This document shows, in pieces, positions 1 through 14,309 of a stretch of DNA of 64,000 nucleotides; the first letter of the stretch is position 1; each line of letters starts with the position of its first letter. This DNA is from Nemertoderma westbladi (taxonomy: Eukaryota; Animalia; Xenacoelomorpha): contig JAUCBJ010007690.1 in the NCBI GenBank assembly GCA_032718475.1, positions 1-64,000 on the forward strand. The letters run 5' to 3'. The position numbers and the translations under genes are program-made. The notes beneath the pieces were generated by a model that was not told the origin of the DNA, did no database searches, and saw only the letters and a program-made list of their open reading frames with translations.

Positions 1-3000
1 TTATAACATTGCATAATTAATTCAGGTATTGATTCATTATAACATTGCATATGCATAATTAATTCAGGTATTGATTCATTATAACATTGCATAATTAATT
101 CAGGTATTGATTCATTATAACATTGCATAATTAATTCAGGTATTGATTCATTATAACATTGCATAATTAATTCAGGTATTGATTCATTATAACATTGCAT
201 AATTAATTCCGGTAATTATTCATTATAACATTGCATAATTAATTCAGGTATTGATTCATTATAACATTGCATAATTAATTCCGGTAATTATTCATTATAA
301 CATTGCATAATTAATTCAGGTATTGATTCATTGTAACATTGCATAATTAATTCAGGTATTGATTCATTATAACATTGCATAATTAATTCAGGTATTGATT
401 CATTATAACATTGCATAATTAATTCAGGTATTGATTCATTATAACATTGCATAATTAATTCAGGTATTGATTCATTGTAACATTGCATAATTAATTCAGG
501 TATTGATTCATTGTAACATTGCATAATTAATTCAGGTATTGATTCATTATAACATTGCATAATTAATTCAGGTATTGATTCATTATAACATTGCATAATT
601 AATTCAGGTATTGATTCATTGTAACATTGCATAATTAATTCAGGTATTGATTCATTGTAACATTGCATAATTAATTCAGGTATTGATTCATTATAACATT
701 GGATAATTAATTCAGGTATTGATTCATTATAACATTGCATAATTAATTCAGGTATTGATTCATTGTAACATTGCATAATTAATTCAGGTATTGATTCATT
801 ATAACATTGCATAATTAATTCAGGTATTGATTCATTGTAACATTGCATAATTAAATCAGGTATTGATTCATTATAACATTGCATAATTAATTCAGGTATT
901 GATTCATTATAACATTGCATAATTAATTCAGGTATTGATTCATTGTAACATTGCATAATTAATTCAGGTATTGATTCATTGTAACATTGCATAATTAATT
1001 CAGGTATTGATTCATTATAACATTGCATAATTAATTCAGGTAATTATTCATTATAACATTGCATAATTAATTCAGGTATTGATTCATTGTAACATTGCAT
1101 AATTAATTCAGGTATTGATTCATTGTAACATTGCATAATTAATTCAGGTATTGATTCATTATAACATTGCATAATTAATTCAGGTAATTATTCATTATAA
1201 CATTGCATAATTAATTCAGGTATTGATTCATTGTAACATTGCATAATTAATTCAGGTATTGATTCATTGTAACATTGCATAATTAATTCAGGTATTGATT
1301 CATTGTAACATTGCATAATTAATTCAGGTATTGATTCATTGTAACATTGCATAATTAATTCAGGTATTGATTCATTGTAACATTGCATAATTAATTCAGG
1401 TATTGATTCATTATAACATTGCATAATTAATTCAGGTATTGATTCATTGTAACATTGCATAATTAATTCAGGTATTGATTCATTATAACATTGCATAATT
1501 AATTCAGGTATTGATTCATTATAACATTGCATAATTAATTCAGGTATTGATTCATTATAACATTGCATAATTAATTCCGGTAATTATTCATTTATAACAT
1601 TGCATAATTAATTCAGGTATTGATTCATTGTAACATTGCATAATTAATTCAGGTATTGATTCATTATAACATTGCATAATTAATTCAGGTATTGATTCAT
1701 TGTAACATTGCATAATTAATTCAGGTATTGATTCATTATAACATTGCATAATTAATTCAGGTATTGATTCATTGTAACATTGCATAATTAATTCAGGTAT
1801 TGATTCATTATAACATTGCATAATTAATTCAGGTATTGATTCATTATAACATTGCATAATTAATTCCGGTAATTATTCATTATAACATTGCATAATTAAT
1901 TCAGGTATTGATTCATTATAACATTGCATAATTAATTCAGGTATTGATTCATTATAACATTGCATAATTAATTCCGGTAATTATTCATTATAACATTGCA
2001 TAATTAATTCAGGTTTTGATTCATTATAACATTGCATAATTAATTCAGGTATTGATTCATTGTAACATTGCATAATTAATTCTGGTATTGATTCATTGTA
2101 ACATTGCATAATTAATTCAGGTATTGATTCATTATAACATTGCATAATTAATTCAGGTATTGATTCATTATAACATTGCATAATTAATTCAGGTATTGAT
2201 TCATTATAACATTGCATAATTAATTCAGGTATTGATTCATTGTAACATTGCATAATTAATTCAGGTATTGATTCATTATAACATTGCATAATTAATTCAG
2301 GTATTGATTCATTATAACATTGCATAATTAATTCAGGTATTGATTCATTATAACATTGCATAATTAATTCAGGTATTGATTCATTGTAACATTGCATAAT
2401 TAATTCAGGTATTGATTCATTATAACATTGCATAATTAATTCCGGTAATTATTCATTATAACATTGCATAATTAATTCAGGTTTTGATTCATTATAACAT
2501 TGCATAATTAATTCAGGTATTGATTCATTGTAACATTGCATAATTAATTCTGGTATTGATTCATTGTAACATTGCATAATTAATTCAGGTATTGATTCAT
2601 TATAACATTGCATAATTAATTCAGGTATTGATTCATTATAACATTGCATAATTAATTCAGGTATTGATTCATTATAACATTGCATAATTAATTCAGGTAT
2701 TGATTCATTGTAACATTGCATAATTAATTCAGGTATTGATTCATTATAACATTGCATAATTAATTCAGGTATTGATTCATTATAACATTGCATAATTAAT
2801 TCAGGTATTGATTCATTATAACATTGCATAATTAATTCCGGTAATTATTCATTATAACATTGCATAATTAATTCAGGTATTGATTCATTATAACATTGCA
2901 TATGCATAATTAATTCAGGTATTGATTCATTATAACATTGCATAATTAATTCAGGTATTGATTCATTATAACATTGCATAATTAATTCAGGTATTGATTC

Positions 3001-6000
3001 ATTATAACATTGCATAATTAATTCAGGTATTGATTCATTATAACATTGCATAATTAATTCCGGTAATTATTCATTATAACATTGCATAATTAATTCAGGT
3101 ATTGATTCATTATAACATTGCATAATTAATTCCGGTAATTATTCATTATAACATTGCATAATTAATTCAGGTATTGATTCATTGTAACATTGCATAATTA
3201 ATTCAGGTATTGATTCATTATAACATTGCATAATTAATTCAGGTATTGATTCATTATAACATTGCATAATTAATTCAGGTATTGATTCATTATAACATTG
3301 CATAATTAATTCAGGTATTGATTCATTGTAACATTGCATAATTAATTCAGGTATTGATTCATTGTAACATTGCATAATTAATTCAGGTATTGATTCATTA
3401 TAACATTGCATAATTAATTCAGGTATTGATTCATTATAACATTGCATAATTAATTCAGGTATTGATTCATTGTAACATTGCATAATTAATTCAGGTATTG
3501 ATTCATTGTAACATTGCATAATTAATTCAGGTATTGATTCATTATAACATTGCATAATTAATTCAGGTATTGATTCATTATAACATTGCATAATTAATTC
3601 AGGTATTGATTCATTATAACATTGCATAATTAATTCAGGTATTGATTCATTATAACATTGCATAATTAATTCAGGTATTGATTCATTATAACATTGGATA
3701 ATTAATTCAGGTATTGATTCATTATAACATTGCATAATTAATTCAGGTATTGATTCATTGTAACATTGCATAATTAATTCAGGTATTGATTCATTATAAC
3801 ATTGCATAATTAATTCAGGTATTGATTCATTGTAACATTGCATAATTAATTCAGGTATTGATTCATTATAACATTGCATAATTAATTCAGGTATTGATTC
3901 ATTATAACATTGCATAATTAATTCAGGTATTGATTCATTGTAACATTGGATAATTAATTCAGGTATTGATTCATTATAACATTGCATAATTAATTCAGGT
4001 ATTGATTCATTGTAACATTGGATAATTAATTCAGGTATTGATTCATTATAACATTGCATAATTAATTCAGGTATTGATTCATTATAACATTGCATAATTA
4101 ATTCAGGTATTGATTCATTGTAACATTGGATAATTAATTCAGGTATTGATTCATTATAACATTGCATAATTAATTCAGGTATTGATTCATTGTAACATTG
4201 CATAATTAATTCAGGTATTGATTCATTATAACATTGCATAATTAATTCAGGTAATTATTCATTATAACATTGCATAATTAATTCAGGTATTGATTCATTG
4301 TAACATTGCATAATTAATTCAGGTATTGATTCATTATAACATTGCATAATTAATTCAGGTAATTATTCATTATAACATTGCATAATTAATTCAGGTATTG
4401 ATTCATTGTAACATTGCATAATTAATTCAGGTATTGATTCATTGTAACATTGCATAATTAATTCAGGTATTGATTCATTGTAACATTGCATAATTAATTC
4501 AGGTATTGATTCATTGTAACATTGCATAATTAATTCAGGTATTGATTCATTATAACATTGCATAATTAATTCAGGTATTGATTCATTATAACATTGCATA
4601 ATTAATTCAGGTATTGATTCATTGTAACATTGCATAATTAATTCAGGTATTGATTCATTATAACATTGCATAATTAATTCAGGTATTGATTCATTGTAAC
4701 ATTGCATAATTAATTCAGGTATTGATTCATTATAACATTGCATAATTAATTCAGGTATTGATTCATTATAACATTGCATTATTAATTCAGGTATTGATTC
4801 ATTGTAACATTGCATAATTAATTCAGGTATTGATTCATTATAACATTGCATAATTAATTCAGGTATTGATTCATTATAACATTGCATAATTAATTCAGGT
4901 ATTGATTCATTATAACATTGCATAATTAATTCCGGTAATTATTCATTTATAACATTGCATAATTAATTCAGGTATTGATTCATTGTAACATTGCATAATT
5001 AATTCAGGTATTGATTCATTATAACATTGCATAATTAATTCAGGTATTGATTCATTGTAACATTGCATAATTAATTCAGGTATTGATTCATTATAACATT
5101 GCATAATTAATTCAGGTATTGATTCATTGTAACATTGCATAATTAATTCAGGTATTGATTCATTATAACATTGCATAATTAATTCAGGTATTGATTCATT
5201 GTAACATTGCATAATTAATTCAGGTATTGATTCATTGTAACATTGCATAATTAATTCAGGTATTGATTCATTATAACATTGCATAATTAATTCAGGTATT
5301 GATTCATTATAACATTGCATAATTAATTCAGGTATTGATTCATTGTAACATTGCATAATTAATTCCGGTAATTATTCATTATAACATTGCATAATTAATT
5401 CAGGTAATTATTCATTATAACATTGCATAATTAATTCAGGTATTGATTCATTATAACATTGCATAATTAATTCAGGTATTGATTCATTATAACATTGCAT
5501 AATTAATTCAGGTATTGATTCATTATAACATTGCATAATTAATTCAGGTATTGATTCATTGTAACATTGCATAATTAATTCAGGTATTGATTCATTATAA
5601 CATTGCATAATTAATTCAGGTATTGATTCATTATAACATTGCATAATTAATTCCGGTAATTATTCATTATAACATTGCATAATTAATTCAGGTATTGATT
5701 CATTATAACATTGCATAATTAATTCTGGTAATTATTCATTATAACATTGCATAATTAATTCAGGTAATTATTCATTATAACATTGCATAATTAATTCAGG
5801 TATTGATTCATTATAACATTGCATAATTAATTCCGGTAATTATTCATTATAACATTGCATAATTAATTCAGGTATTGATTCATTATAACATTGCATAATT
5901 AATTCTGGTAATTATTCATTATAACATTGCATAATTAATTCAGGTATTGATTCATTATAACATTGCATAATTAATTCAGGTATTGATTCATTGTAACATT

Positions 6001-9000
6001 GCATAATTAATTCAGGTATTGATTCATTATAACATTGCATAATTAATTCAGGTATTGATTCATTATAACATTGCATAATTAATTCCGGTAATTATTCATT
6101 ATAACATTGCATAATTAATTCAGGTATTGATTCATTATAACATTGCATAATTAATTCTGGTAATTATTCATTATAACATTGCATAATTAATTCTGGTATT
6201 GATTCATTATAACATTGCATAATTAATTCAGGTAATTATTCATTATAACATTGCATAATTAATTCAGGTATTGATTCATTGTAACATTGCATAATTAATT
6301 CAGGTATTGATTCATTATAACATTGCATAATTAATTCAGGTATTGATTCATTGTAACATTGTATAATAATTAATTCAGGTATTGATTCATTATAACATTG
6401 CATAATTAATTCAGGTATTGATTCATTGTAACATTGCATAATTAATTCAGGTATTGATTCATTATAACATTGCATAATTAATTCAGGTATTGATTCATTA
6501 TAACATTGCATAATTAATTCCGGTAATTATTCATTATAACATTGCATAATTAATTCAGGTATTGATTCATTATAACATTGCATAATTAATTCAGGTATTG
6601 ATTCATTGTAACATTGCATAATTAATTCAGGTATTGATTCATTATAACATTGCATAATTAATTCAGGTATTGATTCATTGTAACATTGCATAATTAATTC
6701 AGGTTTTGATTCATTGTAACATTGCATAATTAATTCTGGTATTGATTCATTATTACATTGCATAATAATTAATTCTGGCATTGATTCATTGTAACATTGC
6801 ATAATTAATTCAGGTATTGATTCATTATAACATTGCATAATTAATTCAGGTATTGATTCATTGTAACATTGCATAATTAATTCAGGTATTGATTCATTGT
6901 AACATTGCATAATTAATTCTGGTATTGATTCATTATTACATTGCATAATAATTAATTCTGGCATTGATTCATTGTAACATTGCATAATTAATTCAGGTAT
7001 TGATTTATTATAACATTGCATAATTAATTCAGGTATTGATTCATTATAACATTGCATAATTAATTCAGGTATTGATTCATTGTAACATTGCATAATTAAT
7101 TCAGGTATTGATTCATTATAACATTGCATAATTAATTCAGGTATTGATTCATTGTAACATTGCATAATTAATTCAGGTATTGATTCATTATAACATTGCA
7201 TAATTAATTCTGGTATTGATTCATTATTACATTGCATAATAATTAATTCTGGCATTGATTCATTGTAACATTGCATAATTAATTCAGGTATTGATTCATT
7301 GTAACATTGCATAATTAATTCAGGTATTGATTCATTATAACATTGCATAATTAATTCAGGTATTGATTCATTGTAACATTGCATAATTAATTCAGGTATT
7401 GATTCATTATAACATTGCATAATTAATTCAGGTATTGATTCATTGTAACATTGCATAATTAATTCAGGTATTGATTCATTATAACATTGCATAATTAATT
7501 CAGGTATTGATTCATTGTAACATTGCATAATTAATTCAGGTATTGATTCATTGTAACATTGCATAATTAATTCAGGTATTGATTCATTATAACATTGCAT
7601 AATTAATTCCGGTAATTATTCATTATAACATTGCATAATTAATTCAGGTAATTATTCATTATAACATTGCATAATTAATTCAGGTAATTATTCATTATAA
7701 CATTGCATAATTAATTCAGGTATTGATTCATTATAACATTGCATAATTAATTCAGGTATTGATTCATTATAACATTGCATAATTAATTCAGGTATTGATT
7801 CATTGTAACATTGCATAATTAATTCAGGTATTGATTCATTATAACATTGCATAATTAATTCAGGTATTGATTCATTGTAACATTGCATAATTAATTCCGG
7901 TAATTATTCATTATAACATTGCATAATTAATTCAGGTAATTATTCATTATAACATTGCATAATTAATTCAGGTATTGATTCATTATAACATTGCATAATT
8001 AATTCAGGTATTGATTCATTGTAACATTGCATAATTAATTCAGGTATTGATTCATTATAACATTGCATAATTAATTCAGGTATTGATTCATTATAACATT
8101 GCATAATTAATTCCGGTAATTATTCATTATAACATTGCATAATTAATTCAGGTATTGATTCATTATAACATTGCATAATTAATTCAGGTATTGATTCATT
8201 ATAACATTGCATAATTAATTCAGGTATTGATTCATTGTAACATTGCATAATTAATTCCGGTAATTATTCATTATAACATTGCATAATTAATTCAGGTAAT
8301 TATTCATTATAACATTGCATAATTAATTCAGGTATTGATTCATTATAACATTGCATAATTAATTCAGGTATTGATTCATTATAACATTGCATAATTAATT
8401 CAGGTATTGATTCATTATAACATTGCATAATTAATTCAGGTAATTATTCATTATAACATTGCATAATTAATTCAGGTATTGATTCATTATAACATTGCAT
8501 AATTAATTCAGGTAATTATTCATTATAACATTGCATAATTAATTCAGGTATTGATTCATTATAACATTGCATAATTAATTCAGGTAATTATTCATTATAA
8601 CATTGCATAATTAATTCAGGTATTGATTCATTATAACATTGCATAATTAATTCAGGTATTGATTCATTATAACATTGCATAATTAATTCAGGTATTGATT
8701 CATTATAACATTGCATAATTAATTCAGGTATTGATTCATTGTAACATTGCATAATTAATTCAGGTATTGATTCATTATAACATTGCATAATTAATTCAGG
8801 TATTGATTCATTATAACATTGCATAATTAATTCCGGTAATTATTCATTATAACATTGCATAATTAATTCAGGTAATTATTCATTATAACATTGCATAATT
8901 AATTCAGGTATTGATTCATTATAACATTGCATAATTAATTCAGGTATTGATTCATTGTAACATTGCATAATTAATTCAGGTATTGATTCATTGTAACATT

Positions 9001-9182
9001 GCATAATTAATTCAGGTATTGATTCATTATAACATTGCATAATTAATTCAGGTATTGATTCATTATAACATTGCATAATTAATTCAGGTATTGATTCATT
9101 GTAACATTGCATAATTAATTCAGGTATTGATTCATTATAACATTGCATAATTAATTCAGGTATTGATTCATTTATAACATTG
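1..9182. repeat. 36-bp AT-rich satellite array, block A (runs off the left edge)
   Basis: Head-to-tail copies of CATTGCATAATTAATTCAGGTATTGATTCATT(A/G)TAA (8/36 GC). Mostly pure 36-mers with a recurrent (C/A)GGTAATTATTC variant. Confidence 0.99.
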
Positions 9183-9848
9183 TGTTAACGGATCCAGGTC
9201 GTCCCGTCCGCTATCACTTGGTCCCATCCAAATTACCACTCAATATATGAGTGCCAATATGACTCCCATTAAAGAGCCACTCCAATAATAGTAACACGTG
9301 GTACCAAAAAACCAATTTAGCGATACCCATACTGGCTGTTAACCCACAGGGTGTACTGTAGGGATCGCATTATTATTATAAGGTGCTAACATTATTGCCT
9401 TGCCAATTACTCATCCTTAGAGGTTCCAACAGTGGAGAGCCAATGACAAGCCACAAACCAAAACCAGCTGACACATATCTGATATAATCCTATGTGGCTA
9501 CTGTACTAACCTCAGATGCACACCTCAGCATATCAAGGTGCAGTACACATTTACGCCTGATAGTGTTGTATCGGTAGGTAGCCAGCAGACATTCAATACG
9601 GACCGAACTCAAATATTTATTACCAGTCAGTCATTAAGCTCCCGTTAACCTCCAAGGACGAGTAACCAGCACCACTACAGTTGCGTTGTGCAGTTACTAA
9701 CGGCCATTATTACAATTAATCACCTACAAACTATTATCTGCTCCTTTTCTTATAACTCTGGTTACCTCCGCATACCTCAAAGCAGCAAAGCACCAACCTC
9801 AAGTGTGTCTCGGAGGCCCGTTTCGGACTGCACCCCGATCCGGGCACA
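9183..9848 (+). repeat. 5' LTR (666 bp)
   Basis: TG...CA termini; matches 15133-15798 with one substitution seen by eye (CATACCTCAA vs CATACTTCAA). Confidence 0.97.
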
Positions 9849-9861
9849 ATACAACACCATC
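9849..9861 (+). promoter_or_regulatory. Non-canonical primer-binding-site position (candidate self-priming PBS)
   Basis: ATACAACACCATC follows the LTR directly, with no TGG complement of tRNA CCA. Its reverse complement GATGGTGTTGTAT matches LTR 9559-9571 GATAGTGTTGTAT at 12/13. Confidence 0.45.
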
Positions 9862-10006
9862 GCTATGCGCGCATGTCTACAACAACCAGCAACGCGCGAA
9901 TAAAACTTAATACTGTAATAAACTCGAGAAATCGCTGACGACTCAAGTTCGCTCAATACGATAAACTCGAGAAGGAGGAAAGTAACTAAATTCTTCGACG
10001 AGTAAA

Positions 10007-13000
10007 ATGAGCGCTACGAGAAGTGTGACAACGTCTCTGTCAAGCGCTGCGGGGGGCTCCACGACGCTAACCGCGAACGTAACGGGTAGGGAGGACGCCC
10101 AACGACGGAAGACCGACGACGGACGCCCGCGCTTTCCTACAGCGGTGAGCGACCATTCCTTTACGGGGTCCGATGGACGACGGGGATCAGGACCCGTCGT
10201 TCCGGACAAAATTACAACCGCCGATCCGAATATCGGTGGTTCCAACCACGAGGAAGCGGGGAGCGAAGCGGACCAAACTCTCCGCGCTCCTCCGGAGAGA
10301 TACGCCATATCGAATCCTACGACAACCCAAACGAACTCAATCACTACTCAACATCGAACCGGCGCTAAGACAACCGCAGACCTCGCCGTCCCAACGACGC
10401 TGACGGCTGGCAGGTCTATGTTGCGACAGGCAACGGCGGATGCCGGCGCTGGCGTTGGACAACTCGCCACTGCACCCCGATCCGGGCACAATACAACACT
10501 TTATAACACCGGTGTTGAAGTACTAATCAGGTTTCGACAAGGAACCTTGGCATTCTCATGTGACATCGAGGCCATGTTCCATCAAGTGAACGTGTACCTC
10601 GAGGATAGTGAGAGCCTCAGGTTCCTATGGTATGATGGTGATAAACCAATTGAACCTGATAAGTACAAGATGACTGTCCATATCTTCGGCACAAAGGACT
10701 CCCCTTATGTGGCTACAAAATGCCTTAGGCAAACCACAGAAGGGAAGGAAGGTATCTATGACACCAGTGCCATAGATATGATCCATAAGGGGTTCTATGT
10801 TGATGATGGACTAGGATCAAGCAACTCCTTGGCAGATATGGTTAAAACGGCGACACAAGTCGTAGAGATTCTAATGGGGGGAGGGTTCCGTCTCACAAAG
10901 TTCAAATCTAATTCCAAGGAGTTTGTCGATATTATGGAAACCAAAGAAAAAACGTCCCAATTTGGGCCACAAAATACCCAAAATGAGATACCAGGGGATA
11001 CACAATACATATCATCCGAACCCCAATTAGAACGCAGTGACATAGAACAACTATGCCGAAACAACAGTGTGATGCCAACCGGAGTAGACAGCATACTCAC
11101 AGAACGGAAGCGGGAAGCTGATTCTCGAGTTCTAGGCATCACATGGAACAGGGAGACTGATGCATTAGAATATATATTCAAACACACAGAACCCTTGGTC
11201 CACACAAAACGAGCTTATGTTTCAAACATAGCTAAAATGTATGACCCGCTGGGTCTGGTGGCACCAGTTATAGTAGTTGGCAAACAAATCCTAAGGGATG
11301 TTTACCTCCTTAAGTGCCCATGGGACCAAGTCCTACCAGACACAATAAGTAAACAATGGTGTGTTTGGCTAGAGAGTTTGGCAGCAATACCGAAACTCAG
11401 CATACCACGGGCATACTTTGAAAATGGAGATACCACTAACTTAGATCTCCATGTATTCACTGATGCATCTACTAAAGGGTATGGTGCAGCGTTATACATA
11501 GTACAGAAAGGAGAAGGTTCTCTGCTACCTCGCCTTGTATTCAGTAAAGCGAGAGCAGCCCCTCTCAAGAAGCCAACAATACCTAGGTTAGAGCTGATGG
11601 CGGCAATAACCGGGGTAAGAGCCTCTATACAAGTAGCAAATTACCTAACACAAATCCAGGACAAACACTACTGGGTAGACTCTACGGCAGTTCTGGGGTG
11701 CATTGCCAACGAGGCACGTAGATTTAAGGTATTCGTTGCTAATAGAATTGACGAAATCCGGTCCACCACAAACTTAGACAATTGGCACTATTGTCCTACC
11801 GAGAGAAATCCAGCTGATCTGGTCTCCCGGGGGATACACAATAAATCATTCATTGAGAAAGAACAATTCTGGCAGCATGGCCCAGAGTTTCTTCCCCTAC
11901 CAAATGAATGGCCAAAATTCCCAACGAAGGAAGTAGAACAGGCGTTAGCTGACCTGGAAGATGAAATTCGGCCAGAAATGGCCTATAGTTCCCTAATGGG
12001 AACCCAAACAGCGACCGATAAACTTCTGTCTTATAGTTCATCATGGTATAAGACAAGAAAATTTGTCGCTTACTTTATGGCCTATAGGCAATACTTATAT
12101 TGTAGATGCAAGGGACCCAAGCCTGACATAGACTTGGCATCAGCCGAAAAGTTGATCATATCATATGAGCAGCGAAAGGCATACCCAGAGGAGATAAAAC
12201 GGTTGAGAGCTGGGAAATCTGTACAGCCGGAGAGCTCCATAAGAACTCTGAGCCCCAAACTCACTGACTCTGGATTAATAGTGATGGACTCACGGGTACA
12301 ACATGCCTCAAGTATACTAGTACCATTGAAACCAATAATACTACCGAGAAAATCGACTATTGTAACCCAAATAATAAATGATTGTCATGCACAGACATTA
12401 CATGGGGGCACTGATATGACATTAACATCGGTGCGTCGTACATTCTGGATACCAGCCGTACGCAAGAAAATAAAATCTATGGTGGGGACCTGCCAAACAT
12501 GCCGCAAGCAAAAGAGGAAGAGGGAAAGCCAATTGATGGCATCCCTACCCAAGGAAAGAACCCTAGGGTATGAACCACCATTCTCATACACCGGTACTGA
12601 CATGTTCGGCCCACTCACCATAAAAGTCAAACGCCACCATGAGAACCGCTATGGCATAATATTTGTATGCCTCACCTCACGAGCAATAGCGCTAGAACTA
12701 GCGGTAGATGCATCTGCGAGCGCATTCATAAATGCACTCCGCAGATTCATCAACCAACATGGTTCTATAAAGAAGCTGTACTCGGATAATGGCACAAATT
12801 TCATAGGGGCAGAAAAACAGCTTCGAGAGGCAGGATGTACCTTCCAATCAAAGGAAGTCATGAATGCCATGAGAAGTGATGGCATTGTGTGGGAGAAGAG
12901 AACACCATATGCGCCTCACACCCTAGGGTTTGTTGAAAGACTTATTGGTATTACAAAGAGACTCATGACTGCACTACTTAGGAAACATATAGTCACCGAA

Positions 13001-13498
13001 GACGTCCTAAGAACAGTCCTAGCAGAAGCACAAGGAGCCATGAATAGTAGGCCCTTGTGCCCTCTTCAAGATGATCCAACATCGTTAGAGATACTAACCC
13101 CCTCTCACTTATTACTCAGAAGACCAGCCCAGTTAATGAACCGGGGTTCGTGGGACAAATCGGACTTGTACTCTAAACAGTCATGGCGAATAGTACAGGT
13201 ATTGTCTGATGAGTATTGGAAGCGGTGGACAGATGAATACATCCCAACACTCCACAAGCGACAGAAGTGGGGTAAACAACAGCGAAACCTTCAGCCAGGC
13301 GATCTGGTATTAGTTACCGACAACGCAATGGTAAAGGACGACTGGCGGATGGCACGCATAGTTAAATGCCATCCCGGGACCGACGGCAAAGTCAGAACGG
13401 TTGAGGTCACCCTGGGTGGTGATAGCAAGAAAACTTACAGACGCCCAGTAAGCAACTGTTGCTTACTGGAAGGAAACACCCTCAATCTCGAGACCTAG
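10007..13498 (+). CDS. pol: Truncated BEL/Pao Pol: low-complexity N-terminal stub fused to partial RT, RNase H, HHCC/DDE integrase and C-terminal DUF5641-like domain
   Basis: RT: VLIRFR...CDIEAMFHQV, HIFG, FYVDD, GGFRLTKF, RVLGITW, YDPLG. RNase H: LHVFTDAS, IPRLELMAA, WVDS, NPADLVSRG. Integrase: H-x4-H...CQTC, TGTDMFGP, YSDNGTNF, FVER. C-terminus: WKRWTDEY...PGDLVLV...DGKVRTV. No DSG/DTG protease motif, no Gag zinc knuckles, first RT motifs absent. Confidence 0.93.
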   Translation: MSATRSVTTSLSSAAGGSTTLTANVTGREDAQRRKTDDGRPRFPTAVSDHSFTGSDGRRGSGPVVPDKITTADPNIGGSNHEEAGSEADQTLRAPPERYAISNPTTTQTNSITTQHRTGAKTTADLAVPTTLTAGRSMLRQATADAGAGVGQLATAPRSGHNTTLYNTGVEVLIRFRQGTLAFSCDIEAMFHQVNVYLEDSESLRFLWYDGDKPIEPDKYKMTVHIFGTKDSPYVATKCLRQTTEGKEGIYDTSAIDMIHKGFYVDDGLGSSNSLADMVKTATQVVEILMGGGFRLTKFKSNSKEFVDIMETKEKTSQFGPQNTQNEIPGDTQYISSEPQLERSDIEQLCRNNSVMPTGVDSILTERKREADSRVLGITWNRETDALEYIFKHTEPLVHTKRAYVSNIAKMYDPLGLVAPVIVVGKQILRDVYLLKCPWDQVLPDTISKQWCVWLESLAAIPKLSIPRAYFENGDTTNLDLHVFTDASTKGYGAALYIVQKGEGSLLPRLVFSKARAAPLKKPTIPRLELMAAITGVRASIQVANYLTQIQDKHYWVDSTAVLGCIANEARRFKVFVANRIDEIRSTTNLDNWHYCPTERNPADLVSRGIHNKSFIEKEQFWQHGPEFLPLPNEWPKFPTKEVEQALADLEDEIRPEMAYSSLMGTQTATDKLLSYSSSWYKTRKFVAYFMAYRQYLYCRCKGPKPDIDLASAEKLIISYEQRKAYPEEIKRLRAGKSVQPESSIRTLSPKLTDSGLIVMDSRVQHASSILVPLKPIILPRKSTIVTQIINDCHAQTLHGGTDMTLTSVRRTFWIPAVRKKIKSMVGTCQTCRKQKRKRESQLMASLPKERTLGYEPPFSYTGTDMFGPLTIKVKRHHENRYGIIFVCLTSRAIALELAVDASASAFINALRRFINQHGSIKKLYSDNGTNFIGAEKQLREAGCTFQSKEVMNAMRSDGIVWEKRTPYAPHTLGFVERLIGITKRLMTALLRKHIVTEDVLRTVLAEAQGAMNSRPLCPLQDDPTSLEILTPSHLLLRRPAQLMNRGSWDKSDLYSKQSWRIVQVLSDEYWKRWTDEYIPTLHKRQKWGKQQRNLQPGDLVLVTDNAMVKDDWRMARIVKCHPGTDGKVRTVEVTLGGDSKKTYRRPVSNCCLLEGNTLNLET
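10469..10499 (+). repeat. 31-bp internal copy of the LTR 3' end plus PBS-position sequence
   Basis: ACTGCACCCCGATCCGGGCACAATACAACAC is identical to 9827-9857 and sits immediately before RT homology begins. Confidence 0.95.
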
Positions 13499-13510
13499 TA
13501 GTGTAGGTCT

Positions 13511-13523
13511 GGGGGGGCGGGAG
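13511..13523 (+). promoter_or_regulatory. Internal PPT-like purine tract
   Basis: GGGGGGGCGGGAG 12 bp after the pol stop, the usual BEL PPT position, but not followed by the LTR. Confidence 0.55.
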
Positions 13524-14271
13524 TTGCATTTACGAGAGTAAGAAAAATAAATTCTCGTAGATTCCACCCTGTTGTATTCAAATATAATGGGCACAACACC
13601 ATATATATATAATAAATAAATAAAGAAAATTATGTACAGTAGAAAATACGACACTGTTGTGAGACTACATATCATACTGTAGGCAGGTAGGAAACCGAAA
13701 TACAGTAGCGAGGTCTACATAGAAAAACATATATATGTTAAAACTGAAAGAAAGTAAAAAATTGAAACAGTTATAATATCATGTATGTACGATATTATAT
13801 TAAAATAAAGTATAAAGTACACAAAAAGTAACTTTATTTGGTAAGTAACGTAATTACTAAATTAGGTTTTATGTAATTTATTAAAAATAGGTAACTTAGT
13901 AAGAGGGACAGTTATAGCTATAAAATTATTACACATGTCAGAAATAACTGACTTGTAGGGAGTTAGAGTAACAATTATAGTAAATTTACGAAATCTACAT
14001 CACCAATAAAATTCACAAATCAGACAGGAGATTTGACGACAGCAAAACAGTTGAGAGATAAAATAAATCGACAGCAATGTTCAGTTTCATTGGACTGGCC
14101 ACCCACTGAACGACTGATATTAACTAACGATTAGACGAGTACGAGTACAGCTCGATAGTGACGGACAATCATACTCGAACTCGAGCATTGACACAACTCA
14201 TAGTAATATATAAATCACTTCTCCGTGTGCAAGTGTGTGCGTGTGAAAATGTATGCGTGCGTGAATTACAC

Positions 14272-14309
14272 AAAAAAAAAAAAAAAATAAAAAAAATAAA
14301 AAAAAAAAA
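14272..14309 (+). repeat. Interrupted poly(A) tract inside the element's 3' non-coding region
   Basis: About 38 bp of A with two T, preceded by a TG-rich stretch at roughly 14225-14263. Confidence 0.9.
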
